A DNA stretch of 64,000 bases from an uncultured delta proteobacterium (GTDB taxonomy: Bacteria > Desulfobacterota > Desulfobacteria > Desulfobacterales > JAHEIW01), in assembly GCA_963706575.1 (NCBI GenBank), contig CAVPNL010000008.1:256001-320000 (forward strand). Direction: 5' to 3'. Both the position numbers and the translations under genes were made by a program. Shown here piece by piece: positions 40,030 through 49,864 of this stretch. Every line of letters starts with the position of its first letter. Within the stretch, counting starts at the first letter, position 1. The notes beneath the pieces are model-generated. The model was not told the DNA's origin, ran no database searches, and saw only the letters and a program-made list of their open reading frames with translations.

Positions 40030-40051
40030 TGATAAATGATAATGTCTTGAT

Positions 40052-40333
40052 GTGAGAAGCGTCTTGAAAACGATAATACAGCACTACCGTGTGGATCGCA
40101 GGAAAATCGCTTTTATAAAATTTATTTTTGAAGCCTACGACGGGATTGTCGGGATGAGAACAATTAACCCGGCGAAGGGGATCATCGAGCTTCGTATTGC
40201 ACCGGGATGCGAAGAACAGGTTGGTCGGATCTTGCAGGATCTTAAAAAGGAGATTCTGATTCGGCGGCTCGCGACGGATCTTTCCAAATCTGGCCAAAAC
40301 CCGCAACTTAAAGAGACGGCGCTTTTTAAATGA
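40052..40333 (+). CDS. DUF4911-like small protein
   Basis: IAFIKFIFEAYDG pattern; overlaps the miaB start. Confidence 0.7.
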   Translation: MRSVLKTIIQHYRVDRRKIAFIKFIFEAYDGIVGMRTINPAKGIIELRIAPGCEEQVGRILQDLKKEILIRRLATDLSKSGQNPQLKETALFK

Positions 40334-41748
40334 AATCAAAATATATTTACCTTCATACCATTGGCTGCCAGATGAATGTTTACGATTCAGAGCAGATTGC
40401 CATGCGGCTGGCAACCTTGGGATATGAGCAGACCGCATCGATGGCCCAGGCGGACGTGATCATTGTCAACACCTGTACGGTCCGGGCCAAGGCGGAACAG
40501 AAGGCCTTCAGCCTGCTGGGTCGGCTTGCAAGAATGAAGCGCGATAAAAACGGACTCATCATTGGCGTCGGCGGCTGTGTGGCCCAGCAGGAAGGGGAAA
40601 AAATTCTGGATCGCCAACCCGCGGTTGACCTCGTTTTTGGGACGCAGGCGATTGACAGGCTCCCGCGCCTTATTCAACAAATCGAAGCCCGGCGTTGCCG
40701 TATCGTTGATGTGGATATGGACACGGAACAGCGGATCCCTGAATCCCTTGTCGAATCCCGGGATGAAAGTGAGGTCTCCAAATTCGTGACCATCATGCGG
40801 GGCTGCGATAACCATTGCACCTATTGCGTGGTTCCTTTCGTACGCGGACGCGAAACCAGTCGCCATCCCGAAAGCATCCTGAGGGAAATCCACAGCCTGG
40901 TTAAAACCGGTGTAAGGGAAATCACGCTGCTGGGACAAAACGTAAACAGCTATGGTAAACACCAGAATCTGTGCACATTTCCCGAGCTTTTATCAATGAT
41001 AAACGAGGTTGAAGGGCTTTTAAGAATTCGGTTTACCACCTCCCATCCCAAGGATTTAGGGTCGGATCTTATCGCGGCTTTCAGAAATCTTGATAAATTG
41101 TGTCCCCATATTCATTTGCCGGTTCAATCCGGATCAAACCGGGTTTTAAAGCGCATGAACCGCCAGTACACCCGGGAGCAGTACCTTGACAAAGTGATGA
41201 AACTGCGGGATACTTGTCCTCAGATAGCCATAACATCGGATATCATCGTCGGCTTTCCCGGGGAAAGCCAGACTGATTTTGAACAGACGTTGCAACTGAT
41301 TAAAACGGTGGAATTTGACGGACTTTTTGCCTTTCAATATTCTGATCGCCCCCAGGCACCATCCGTTAAGCTACCCGATAAGCTTCCAGAGCCGATCATC
41401 AGAAAAAGGCTGCAAATTCTTCTGAAGTTACAGGAGAAATTCACCAGACGCAAAAATGAAGCATTGGTCGGGTCCACCCCGCTGGTCTTGACGGATGGAT
41501 TGAGCAAAAAACAGGTATCTGACCAGCCAGTTGAGAATGGCGCAGACCTGCAGTGGACCGGTCGTACATCCACCAATAAGATCGTAAACTTTTATGTGGA
41601 TGAACCAGCGATTGACTGTGAAAACTTAATCGGCAAAATGGTCGGCGTCTGCATCGATAAAGGCTTTTCCCATTCACTGTTAGGCAGGGTGATAAATGTC
41701 GAACCTTCCGCTGGAGGGTTGAAAGGAGTCAAAAATTATGCTGCATAA
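40330..41748 (+). CDS. miaB: tRNA-2-methylthio-N6-dimethylallyladenosine synthase
   Basis: GCQMNVYDSE, NTCTVR, GCVAQ, GCDNHCTYCVVP radical-SAM motif, RFTTSHP, TRAM domain. Confidence 0.96.
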   Translation: MKSKYIYLHTIGCQMNVYDSEQIAMRLATLGYEQTASMAQADVIIVNTCTVRAKAEQKAFSLLGRLARMKRDKNGLIIGVGGCVAQQEGEKILDRQPAVDLVFGTQAIDRLPRLIQQIEARRCRIVDVDMDTEQRIPESLVESRDESEVSKFVTIMRGCDNHCTYCVVPFVRGRETSRHPESILREIHSLVKTGVREITLLGQNVNSYGKHQNLCTFPELLSMINEVEGLLRIRFTTSHPKDLGSDLIAAFRNLDKLCPHIHLPVQSGSNRVLKRMNRQYTREQYLDKVMKLRDTCPQIAITSDIIVGFPGESQTDFEQTLQLIKTVEFDGLFAFQYSDRPQAPSVKLPDKLPEPIIRKRLQILLKLQEKFTRRKNEALVGSTPLVLTDGLSKKQVSDQPVENGADLQWTGRTSTNKIVNFYVDEPAIDCENLIGKMVGVCIDKGFSHSLLGRVINVEPSAGGLKGVKNYAA

Positions 41749-42235
41749 GGTGAGCATTGCGGGTTTGACCATTGATCCAGCCTCAAACACGCCGATAATT
41801 ATATTGAAATCAGAACAAACGGATCAGGCGATGCCAATATGGATTGGTTTACTTGAAGCCACTTCAATAGCGTCAGCCCTCCAAAAAATAAAATATGAAC
41901 GTCCTATGACCCACGACCTTTTCAAGAATTTTACGGATCTTTTAAATATTTCGATTTCAAAAATTGAAGTGTGTGATTTAAAGGATAACACTTTTTTCGC
42001 CAAAGTTTATTTTATTTCCGAAGACGCCAATTTTGAAATGGATGCACGACCGAGCGATGCAATTGCATTGGCACTTCGATTTGATGCGCCGATTTATGTA
42101 TCTGATGAAGTCATGCAAAAATCGAAAATTGGAGACGGTGAAGCCGAAATTTTAGACACCAGCGAAGAAGGTAAAAAGTGGGCTGATTATTTGGAAAGCC
42201 TGTCACCGGAAGATTTTGGAAAGTTCAAGATTTAG
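41738..42235 (+). CDS. Bifunctional nuclease family protein (DUF151)
   Basis: PIWIG..EA, RPMTHDL, DARPSDAIALALR. Confidence 0.92.
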   Translation: MLHKVSIAGLTIDPASNTPIIILKSEQTDQAMPIWIGLLEATSIASALQKIKYERPMTHDLFKNFTDLLNISISKIEVCDLKDNTFFAKVYFISEDANFEMDARPSDAIALALRFDAPIYVSDEVMQKSKIGDGEAEILDTSEEGKKWADYLESLSPEDFGKFKI

Positions 42236-42336
42236 AGTGATTTAATCGCCTGTTCCCGGATTAAATTTCGCAAGGACTTGTAAAACATCCACCAATCAGG
42301 TGAGGCCGGCTGAATAAACCAGCCGGGTTGGATTTG

Positions 42337-42370
42337 AAAAAGCGCCGCTGCTTGGCTTCGGCGTTTTTTT
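42337..42370 (+). terminator. Rho-independent terminator after the miaB operon
   Basis: aaaaagcgccg...cggcgttttttt. Confidence 0.6.
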
Positions 42371-42511
42371 AGTTTAGGGCAGTATAAAACGCCTTGCTTC
42401 ATCGAGTTAATACGGTGAATTTGTGTGCCCTCATTTCGATCTACTATTTTCATTCTGTTAGAAAATTCAAAAAAAAGGACGTTTTCACAAGTTTGGCCTT
42501 GCGGCTTAAAT

Positions 42512-42719
42512 TGTTGATAACGTGTTGATAACTGCGAATCTATTTGAAATTTCACATAAAAATTTTAAGTTTGGTAAGTTCACGAAATAAATGGATATGT
42601 TTACCGGCAATATCTATTTTCAATAGATTCCAGTTAGATGCTGATTGTTGATAACTCTGTGCGGTCGAATTTGAAAAACAGGTGTAATCCGATTTGACAC
42701 TTAATCGAGTTTATCCAAA
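42512..42719. promoter_or_regulatory. Cluster of DnaA-box-like 9-mers
   Basis: TGTTGATAA at 42512, 42523 and 42646; TTATCCAAA at 42711; each is one mismatch from TTATCCACA or its complement. Confidence 0.55.
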
Positions 42720-42901
42720 TATAGTTTTGAGGACATCCTCTTTTTTATCCTTCCTGGAAATTTAATTGGGCATGCTTTTTTATTTTTTATGCGCGGCCAA
42801 GAAACAGACCCTTTGAAAATTCGGTTCCGAATCTGCACGAATCGCTGATCGTTGAATCCCGGTCAGCGCGGCATGCGTGAGATTGCTAAATAAACCTAAA
42901 A

Positions 42902-42976
42902 TATCCATATGTTGGGGTTGATAATCTTAAACTATACAACATATAGTTGACATATGACCTGTATTACAACTATAAT
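42902..42976 (+). promoter_or_regulatory. Tandem NrdR-box-like motifs overlapping a consensus sigma70 promoter
   Basis: tatCcATATgTtGggg (42902) and ataCaAcATaTaGttg (42934), 32 bp apart; TTGACA 42947-42952, 18-bp spacer, TATAAT 42971-42976. Confidence 0.65.
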
Positions 42977-43054
42977 ATATGTAGGGTCGGATAGGGGCTA
43001 CGGATAAAACTTGAAATCACTTCTAAATCACCAACTGATCCTAAGGAAAGAATC

Positions 43055-43426
43055 ATGTGCACGATTTTAGTGATCGATGATGAAAAAGGCATTCTGGGCG
43101 TAATCCAGGAGGCGCTGACCAGATTCGGCCATATCGTCGAAATAGCGTTCGACGGAATCGAAGGGATTAAAAAATTTGATGACGGCAGTTACGATATGGT
43201 GATTACCGATCTGCGCATGCCGCGACTTGATGGTAAAGGGGTGGTTCGGCACATCCGCAATTCTCGCAGAAATTCCATTCCTGTTCTCGGCATTTCAGGA
43301 ACACCTTGGCAGACTCAAGATTCGGGTTTCGATGCGGTTCTTTCCAAACCATTTCCGCTGCGGGATCTGGTGGAGTCGGTCAAAAAACTGACAACGATCC
43401 CACCGAAACGCGAATTGAGTGCCTGA
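43055..43426 (+). CDS. Single-domain response regulator (CheY-like receiver)
   Basis: ILVIDDE, ITDLRMP.LDG, ISG, KPF. Confidence 0.92.
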   Translation: MCTILVIDDEKGILGVIQEALTRFGHIVEIAFDGIEGIKKFDDGSYDMVITDLRMPRLDGKGVVRHIRNSRRNSIPVLGISGTPWQTQDSGFDAVLSKPFPLRDLVESVKKLTTIPPKRELSA

Positions 43427-43464
43427 AGCAGTATACGTTTATCGGCCGTGCCGCAAAATTCAAC

Positions 43465-43510
43465 AGCCGCGTGATTGTTTGCGATCAGCGGCTTTTTTCT
43501 TTTTTATTTT
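43465..43510 (+). terminator. Rho-independent terminator
   Basis: agccgc...gcggct stem followed by a long T tract. Confidence 0.6.
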
Positions 43511-43542
43511 CTGAAACCGCGGAATAAAGCCGCACGTCCCCC

Positions 43543-44742
43543 TTAATATTTAAATTTTCCATTTTCGTAAATCAGTACTTTTTTACCGGATTTTAAATGG
43601 GCGTTAACCCGTTTCTTTTCGGTATTGATAAAATCCCAGTGCAAGGCGGATTGGTTGAAGCCGAGTTTACGCTTCATCTGTTTTGTCAAATCGAGCGGAT
43701 TTCCGGAATAGGTGTTTGAATAAGAGGATCCTAACGCAATGTGGCAGTTACCGTATTTGCCGCCATAATTTTCATCATAAAGCGTGTTGGCCATAAATGT
43801 GTTGATACGGGAAAATCGTTTGTCCGTTAACGAGAATTCACCCAGGAGGCCGGCGCCTCCATCCATCCTCAATTGCTGCTTCACAAAGTTTTGCCCATTT
43901 ACGGCCCCAATATTAGTAAGTCTGCCTTTCTCAAATTTCAGGCGAACACCTTTGACATAATTGCCGCTTCGATAGGACGGCTGGTTCGCATAATAGGTGC
44001 CCCAGGTGCCCCGCCAATCGGGCGAGACAAATATCTCAAAGCTGGGAATATTACGGCCGGATATGCCGACCCACTTTCTGTTTTCGCCAAGAGAGATCTG
44101 CAGGTCCACGTTTTCAGACTCCACTTGCAAATATGCAATCGGCATGCGATTAAGCCATTGCTTAATTGATTGAGCCTCCTGGTAAATGCGCTGCCATTCC
44201 ACTACCGGCGACGTTTTATTAAGAAAACACGCCCTGACAATTTGGGCCGAATACGATTTTTGGGTGATACGTGCATGTTTTGCCAGTTCAGCGGTGGGAA
44301 AGATGCACAGCGTCCAACTAAATTTACCCTGAGCTTCTCTTTTGTCTAGCAAACTGCGCAATTTCTTTTTGGCCACTGTCGCTTTACCGATTCTTTTTGG
44401 ATCAATTTTGCTCAGATGCGTCAGCGATTCAGGGGCATAAATAGATATGCTGCCATTCAATCGGGCCAATAAGGTTTCTTCACCGGGAGGGATATAAACC
44501 AGCTGTTTGTCGTTTGCCAGTTTATAATAGTCGTGCTCAATGGATGAGGTAGGATTCAATCGCAACAGCGGATGAGCGCCTGTTTTAAGCAATTTTGCAT
44601 AAAGAATTTCGGCCAGGCGCACGGCCTTCAGATCGAAACGCACAAGCACCAGGTCATTTTTGCCTGCTTTGCGGGTTCTGGCGGTCTGAAGGCCCCATAA
44701 TAATACATCTGCATAACGGTTAAGTTGTTTTGCCGTGAGCAC
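43543..44742 (-). CDS. Aminopeptidase, M29 (AmpS/thermophilic metalloprotease) family
   Basis: NIPSFEIF, LGEF, TLYDEN, HIALGSSY, NQSALHWDF. Confidence 0.88.
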   Translation of the reverse strand: MLTAKQLNRYADVLLWGLQTARTRKAGKNDLVLVRFDLKAVRLAEILYAKLLKTGAHPLLRLNPTSSIEHDYYKLANDKQLVYIPPGEETLLARLNGSISIYAPESLTHLSKIDPKRIGKATVAKKKLRSLLDKREAQGKFSWTLCIFPTAELAKHARITQKSYSAQIVRACFLNKTSPVVEWQRIYQEAQSIKQWLNRMPIAYLQVESENVDLQISLGENRKWVGISGRNIPSFEIFVSPDWRGTWGTYYANQPSYRSGNYVKGVRLKFEKGRLTNIGAVNGQNFVKQQLRMDGGAGLLGEFSLTDKRFSRINTFMANTLYDENYGGKYGNCHIALGSSYSNTYSGNPLDLTKQMKRKLGFNQSALHWDFINTEKKRVNAHLKSGKKVLIYENGKFKY

Positions 44743-44770
44743 GTTTCCCCCTTCCTGGCTTTGTTACTGA

Positions 44771-45079
44771 TTTCTTGCATCCGGCAACTTGCAACTGGCT
44801 GTTGGCTACTGGCTCCTGGTCCGTGAGTTTAGTCGATTCTTTAATTGGTCGAACGGTCAAATAGCTTATCTTTCGTTAATTCGTTAAATAGTTAAATAGC
44901 AAATTGGTTATAGGATTTAAACCATTTGACTACTCAACTACTTGACCATTTAACTACATCTTGAATCCTCTCACAAATTGACTATTCAACTAATCAACTA
45001 TTTAACCTGACATCTGACATCTGTTATCTGACATCCTAAACCCGACACCTATTTGAGGTCAGTAGCCAGATGCCGGAAA
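44771..45079. repeat. Multi-layer nested tandem-array palindrome
   Basis: Outer tttcttgcatccggcaact / agtagccagatgccggaaa; contains the 39842-39946 module split by a further ~93-bp palindrome; unpaired ctgacat array at 45007-45035. Confidence 0.92.
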
Positions 45080-45084
45080 CGACC

Positions 45085-45336
45085 TTATGATTCCTCTTTT
45101 AAAAAAAGCTCATGATACTCGGAGTCGACCAGATGCGCTTTCAACAGCCGTGTTATCAAACTAAAAATTTCGGTGAGCTCTTCATCAGACAGACGTTTAA
45201 TGATGGTCTTCATCAAGCGGTCATCTGAGAATTTTTGAAGGTAATATACCACCGTGTTTTCATCTGTCTCTCGATCGGCACCAAAACCGACCAGACCTTC
45301 ATATGTTTCCACAAATTTATGAGTGTGAATGGACAT
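45085..45336 (-). CDS. Small conserved hypothetical cytoplasmic protein
   Basis: 83-aa ORF MSIHTHKFVETY...EYHELFLKE; plausible composition. Confidence 0.7.
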   Translation of the reverse strand: MSIHTHKFVETYEGLVGFGADRETDENTVVYYLQKFSDDRLMKTIIKRLSDEELTEIFSLITRLLKAHLVDSEYHELFLKEES

Positions 45337-45374
45337 TTTGCACCTGCGCCTCAAGCTTGGGGCTTCGCCCCAGC

Positions 45375-45536
45375 TGGAATGTTGGAAAGGTGGAATGCTG
45401 GGTTAGAAAATTAATAATATTCCTATCTCATGAATCGTGCGGATTTACAATGCGATGCAACATATAGACCCAATATTCTCTCCGAGCCATAGGCTCTATG
45501 AGCCGGAGGCCAGCATTCCAATATTCCATTATTCCG
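45375..45536. repeat. Tandem-array palindrome, 8-bp unit (TGGAATGT / CATTCCAA) with inserted hairpin
   Basis: tggaatgttggaaaggtggaatgctggg ... cccaatatt[ctctccgagccataggctctatgagccggagg]ccagcattccaatattccattattcc. Confidence 0.88.
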
Positions 45537-45634
45537 TTAGAGGGGAGATGTGGATTAAGTTCAAGTTGTATAACGGTCAACAAAATTAATTGACAGAAAG
45601 AGGGGAGCTATTTGTGGGTAGGTGTTCCAGGACG

Positions 45635-47401
45635 CTAATTTTGATCCAGTACGGTGCGGATGGTGCTGGCCAGGTCATTTTTTATCACCGGTTTCATGAC
45701 AAATTTTTGAATCCCCATGGCCAGCGCTTTTTCTTCGGTAATATCTTCATTAAAACCGGTGCACAAAATGACGGGTATGTCGGGCTTTATATTCAGCAGT
45801 TTTTTAGCCAGCTCATCGCCTGTAATGTGAGGCATGGTCATGTCCGTGATCACCAGATCGAAATTTTGAGGTTTTTCCGAGAACTCTCTGAGGGCTTCGG
45901 TGCTGTCAGTCCGCGCGGTAACTTCGTAACCTAAATTTTCCAGCATCTGTTGTTCCATGGAAACGATTTGCTCTTCGTCGTCGATCAAAAGGATGCGCTC
46001 GCTGCCCTTGGCAGCTTCATTGGAGGGCTCGAATTCGGCTGCGGTGTCACTATTTTCGATAATCGGCAAATAAACTTTAAAAGTGGCGCCTTTTCCCGGC
46101 GAACTGGCAACGGTGATATCGCCCCGGTGGTTTTTAACAATTCCGTGAATGACGGATAACCCCAGCCCCGTGCCTTTACCCTGCTCTTTGGTGGTGTAAT
46201 AGGGTTCGAAAATACGTTCCAGCACCGCAGCATCCATGCCGCAGCCTTCATCGATGACGAGAAGCTGCAAATGTCTGCCGGGCTGCATGCCGATTTTTTC
46301 AATCGTTTCTTCGTAGCCGACATCCACTTCGCTCAGGTTGACTTCCAGTGTGCCGCCCTTATCCTGCATCGCTTGATAGGCGTTGGTGCAGAGATTCATA
46401 ATCACCTGATGAATTTGAGTGGCATCTCCCATTACGGGATGGCAGTCGTCGTCGATTTTATGAATGATGTCTATCGATGCCGGAATCGATGCCCGTAAAA
46501 GTTTGAGTGCTTCTGTAATGACCGATTGTACATTTGTCGGTTTGCGTTCCTGACCGCTCTGCCGGCTGAACGTCAGGATCTGCTGGACCAGGTCCTTGGC
46601 GCGATTGGCGGCCTTAAGAATCTCTTCAAGGTTGTTGTGAGCCACGCTGTTCTCGGGAACTTCATCCATTGTCAATTCGGTATACCCGACGATGGGAAAC
46701 AGGATATTGTTAAAATCGTGCGCAATACCGCCGGCAAGGGTTCCAATGGCCTGGATTTTAAGAACCTGTTGCAACTGCCGTTCATATTTGGCCAGCGCCT
46801 GAGTCCGCTCTTCAACCATTTTTTCAAGGTTTTCATTTTGATTGCGCAGCAGTGAATAAAATTCGAGGCTTTCCAATGCGTTGGCTGTGTTGAGCAATAC
46901 GATCGATAACAGGGTCAGGGAAGTATCCGGGATTTTACTGTCTTTTGCCGGCAGCAATCCGATGAACATGCCCCGTATTCGTGAATATGTGGCAATAACA
47001 TGTAAAACGAATTTTCGGCTATGGTTTTTGGACGAGATAACAACACCCCGCTTTTCCCGTATGGCCCAGGCAAAATAACCCTGTTCGATCATGTGATCGA
47101 CTTCTTTTTTGATAAATGTTTTCAAATGGTTCTGATTGCATACCGATAAATTGAAATCCGATTTTTCTTGATCGACAAGATAGAGTGCATTGGCTTCGAA
47201 AGGAATCAGGTGGCGGATACGTTTATCGGCTTCCTGCAAAACATATTCGGGACCGTATCCCTTATTAATATTTTCCTGAAAATCACCCAGTGATAGCGCC
47301 ATTTCAAGAACATTTTGGATAAACCGTCGATTTTCTTCTAAATAATCGATGCGGGCCAAAAGCTTTTCAGCGTCCATCGGTATGGTGGTATTGTTATTCA
47401 T
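45635..47401 (-). CDS. Hybrid sensor histidine kinase with GAF-like input and receiver domain
   Basis: GGIAHDFNN H-box, NLCTNA, DEGCGM, GTGLGL, IDDE...ITDMTMP. Confidence 0.93.
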   Translation of the reverse strand: MNNNTTIPMDAEKLLARIDYLEENRRFIQNVLEMALSLGDFQENINKGYGPEYVLQEADKRIRHLIPFEANALYLVDQEKSDFNLSVCNQNHLKTFIKKEVDHMIEQGYFAWAIREKRGVVISSKNHSRKFVLHVIATYSRIRGMFIGLLPAKDSKIPDTSLTLLSIVLLNTANALESLEFYSLLRNQNENLEKMVEERTQALAKYERQLQQVLKIQAIGTLAGGIAHDFNNILFPIVGYTELTMDEVPENSVAHNNLEEILKAANRAKDLVQQILTFSRQSGQERKPTNVQSVITEALKLLRASIPASIDIIHKIDDDCHPVMGDATQIHQVIMNLCTNAYQAMQDKGGTLEVNLSEVDVGYEETIEKIGMQPGRHLQLLVIDEGCGMDAAVLERIFEPYYTTKEQGKGTGLGLSVIHGIVKNHRGDITVASSPGKGATFKVYLPIIENSDTAAEFEPSNEAAKGSERILLIDDEEQIVSMEQQMLENLGYEVTARTDSTEALREFSEKPQNFDLVITDMTMPHITGDELAKKLLNIKPDIPVILCTGFNEDITEEKALAMGIQKFVMKPVIKNDLASTIRTVLDQN

Positions 47402-47408
47402 AAAATTT

Positions 47409-48632
47409 TTAACTGTCCAAAATGGATTCTAATGCAAAAAATTGATGGATCGCCTGTTTGGCTACCAAATCAAAACAGGTCGGCGACAGCCCCAGGTTTT
47501 CCCAGGCGGCACGATCCAGTGGTGGTACAAAGCGTTCACCGCTGGTACCAATGCCCAAACCATTGGTTATAATATCCGCCAGATGAACCAGAGTGGCGGG
47601 TACCGGTTGCTGGGCCTCACAGGGGTTGTGATGAAAAAACACGTTGTTTTCCAGCATCATCGGCAACTTCCACTGTTGCAACAGATGTTTGATCAGATGG
47701 GTGTGATTACAGCCCAGATAATCATTTTCCTGCAGGTATAACAGCGTATCTGTAGATCGCGCACGGCTCAATAGGTTGTGCGATTCCTCAGGGAAATAGC
47801 TGTAAAGAATCAGCCGTCCCAGATCATGCAACAGCCCTGAGACAAACAATTGCTCCGTCTGGGGAAGGCTCTTATGGGCGGCCAAAATTCTTGAAATGAT
47901 ACCGCACGCCAGACTATGCCTCAGAAAAGAGTACATGCTGAGTAATTCTTTAGGAATCTTGTTAAACATGGAAACTAGGCTGATTCCAAGTGCCAGCCCT
48001 GAAATTTCACGCGTACCGATCAAGGTCACGGCCAGTGAAATTTTATCGATTTTAGAAGGAAACCCATAAAAGGGTGAATTAACAATTTTCAGTAAAAGTG
48101 CGGTTAAACTTGGACTGCGGTTGACAACTTGCGCAATATCCTCCGCCGATGACAATGGGTTGGCAATGACCTCGTTTAATTCAAAAACAATCGACGGTAT
48201 CTCCGGCAGGGTAATTCTTTCCTTGTTCAGCTTTTGCAGAAAATCAGTTTCAACCGTCGTTTGTCCGTTATTGGCATCCGTCAGACTGATATTTTTCTCG
48301 GTTTCGGAAAAATTGTGTTTGCAGCGAAACAGGACCGAAATTCTAAATATTTCTTTAATTGCCGGATGTTCTAAATCCGCATGCTGAAATAGTTCTTTGG
48401 TTTTTTCTTTCGTTTTTTCGATGATTTGCGGATCCGCAGGGCCGGTGGAAGTATCTCGGTTGCCATTATTACCGCGGATATTAACCTCAGTAACCCCCCA
48501 AGTCTTAAAAATCCGAATATGGGAAGATTGAATTTCCTTCTCGCTCTTTAGAAGCAGTCGACCATTGATATCCCTGACTTCCTGATCCAAAACCATTCCC
48601 GGTTTCAATTTGTTGATGTGAATGATACCCAT
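47409..48632 (-). CDS. HDOD domain protein with N-terminal extension
   Basis: LKPGMVL start; LPEIP, LLKIVNSPFYG, HSLACG, GLLHDLG. Confidence 0.9.
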   Translation of the reverse strand: MGIIHINKLKPGMVLDQEVRDINGRLLLKSEKEIQSSHIRIFKTWGVTEVNIRGNNGNRDTSTGPADPQIIEKTKEKTKELFQHADLEHPAIKEIFRISVLFRCKHNFSETEKNISLTDANNGQTTVETDFLQKLNKERITLPEIPSIVFELNEVIANPLSSAEDIAQVVNRSPSLTALLLKIVNSPFYGFPSKIDKISLAVTLIGTREISGLALGISLVSMFNKIPKELLSMYSFLRHSLACGIISRILAAHKSLPQTEQLFVSGLLHDLGRLILYSYFPEESHNLLSRARSTDTLLYLQENDYLGCNHTHLIKHLLQQWKLPMMLENNVFFHHNPCEAQQPVPATLVHLADIITNGLGIGTSGERFVPPLDRAAWENLGLSPTCFDLVAKQAIHQFFALESILDS

Positions 48633-48877
48633 TCGAAGTAGCTCCAGTTGTTGTTCGATATTTCGGAAAATATTTTAATGCATTGAATTATTTGGATTTA
48701 TTTTAAATTAAAACAATTGTGCAACTTCCATCACCAAAATTAATCCATTTAATTCTATAAATGATTATCGTCTTAATTATACCTAAACTTAAGGAAAAAT
48801 AAGGAAAATCGGAGATTTCGGCAGATGTTAGAGATGCAGGAATGATCGCTAAAAGCAAAATCGAAGCCGGTAAATAC

Positions 48878-49693
48878 CTATCGGTTCGTATCGGGCCTCA
48901 GTCTTTGCGTTAATTTTGTTACGGCAGCCATATAGTCTTTCAGGCCGTGCATGAAAATATCATTGTGGTTCGCACCCGAAATTTTCAAAAATGTTTTATC
49001 CGTCGCCGAGCATGCCTCAAAGAGGGCCTCGCCATCCGAGCAGGGGATGATATGGTCACCTTCGGCATGGATGACCAGGGTGGGCTTGGTAAATGCGTGA
49101 ATTTTGTCGATGTTGCCAAAGCCCTTATCTTCTTTAAACCCGATTTCAGCGATATCGATCCCCAAAAGCGCTAACAGCGGTCCGGCATAGGCAAAACCAC
49201 TTTCAACAATCAGGCCATCGATGCCGGCAGCATAGTGCATCGCCAGTTCCAGCACCGAAGCGCTGCCAAGGGATCGGCCCATGAGGACCAGAGGGCCGGG
49301 GTAATCGTTTTTATGGAGCCACTTTTTCACAAAATCAAAAGTCACGTGGCAATCCCGCATCATCGCGGTTACTGTGGGCTGACCGGTGGAACGGCCGTAA
49401 CCCCGGTAATCGACGGCCAAAAAATTGATCCCCAATTGATTCATCATCCGGCCGAAATCATCATAGTCGGCCACGATTTCGCCGTTGCCGTGAAAAAAAA
49501 GAATATTACAGGCAGATTTGTCGGTCAGATGAAATCGGGCACCGACAGCGATGTCGGCTTCTACCGGTATCATGATATCGTTATGCTCTGAAACAGATAC
49601 CGACCGCCCGAATTCGGGTCGCGGATGAAACAGATACATCAATATTTCGGGACGATCCAATAGCGCATAGTCTATTTTTGAGATATCAATCAT
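48878..49693 (-). CDS. Alpha/beta hydrolase
   Basis: FHGNGE, DYRGYGRS, GRSLG nucleophile elbow, D, HND. Confidence 0.92.
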   Translation of the reverse strand: MIDISKIDYALLDRPEILMYLFHPRPEFGRSVSVSEHNDIMIPVEADIAVGARFHLTDKSACNILFFHGNGEIVADYDDFGRMMNQLGINFLAVDYRGYGRSTGQPTVTAMMRDCHVTFDFVKKWLHKNDYPGPLVLMGRSLGSASVLELAMHYAAGIDGLIVESGFAYAGPLLALLGIDIAEIGFKEDKGFGNIDKIHAFTKPTLVIHAEGDHIIPCSDGEALFEACSATDKTFLKISGANHNDIFMHGLKDYMAAVTKLTQRLRPDTNR

Positions 49694-49747
49694 TGCATTC
49701 TCCTAGTTGAGTCCCGCAAGTTATTTACATAACAAAATTTTATTTTA

Positions 49748-49841
49748 GGTTTCGGATATCAGGCCTCTGGCTTCTGGTTACTGGTTCCTGGCCAGAAGCA
49801 AAAAGCGAGAAGCCAGCGGCCAAGACAAAGACACCGAATCC
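49748..49841. repeat. Tandem-array palindrome, 7-bp unit (CTGGYTW / AAGCCAG) with short outer arms
   Basis: ggcctctggcttctggttactggttcctgg|ccagaagcaaaaagcgagaagccagcggcc, flanked by ggtttcgg / ccgaatcc. Confidence 0.8.
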
Positions 49842-49864
49842 GCAGCCGTTACGATTCGTATAAA

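Noticed and set aside
42232..42555. 107-aa minus-strand ORF in the large intergenic gap
   Set aside because: No motif or clear RBS; overlaps terminator hairpins and DnaA-like boxes
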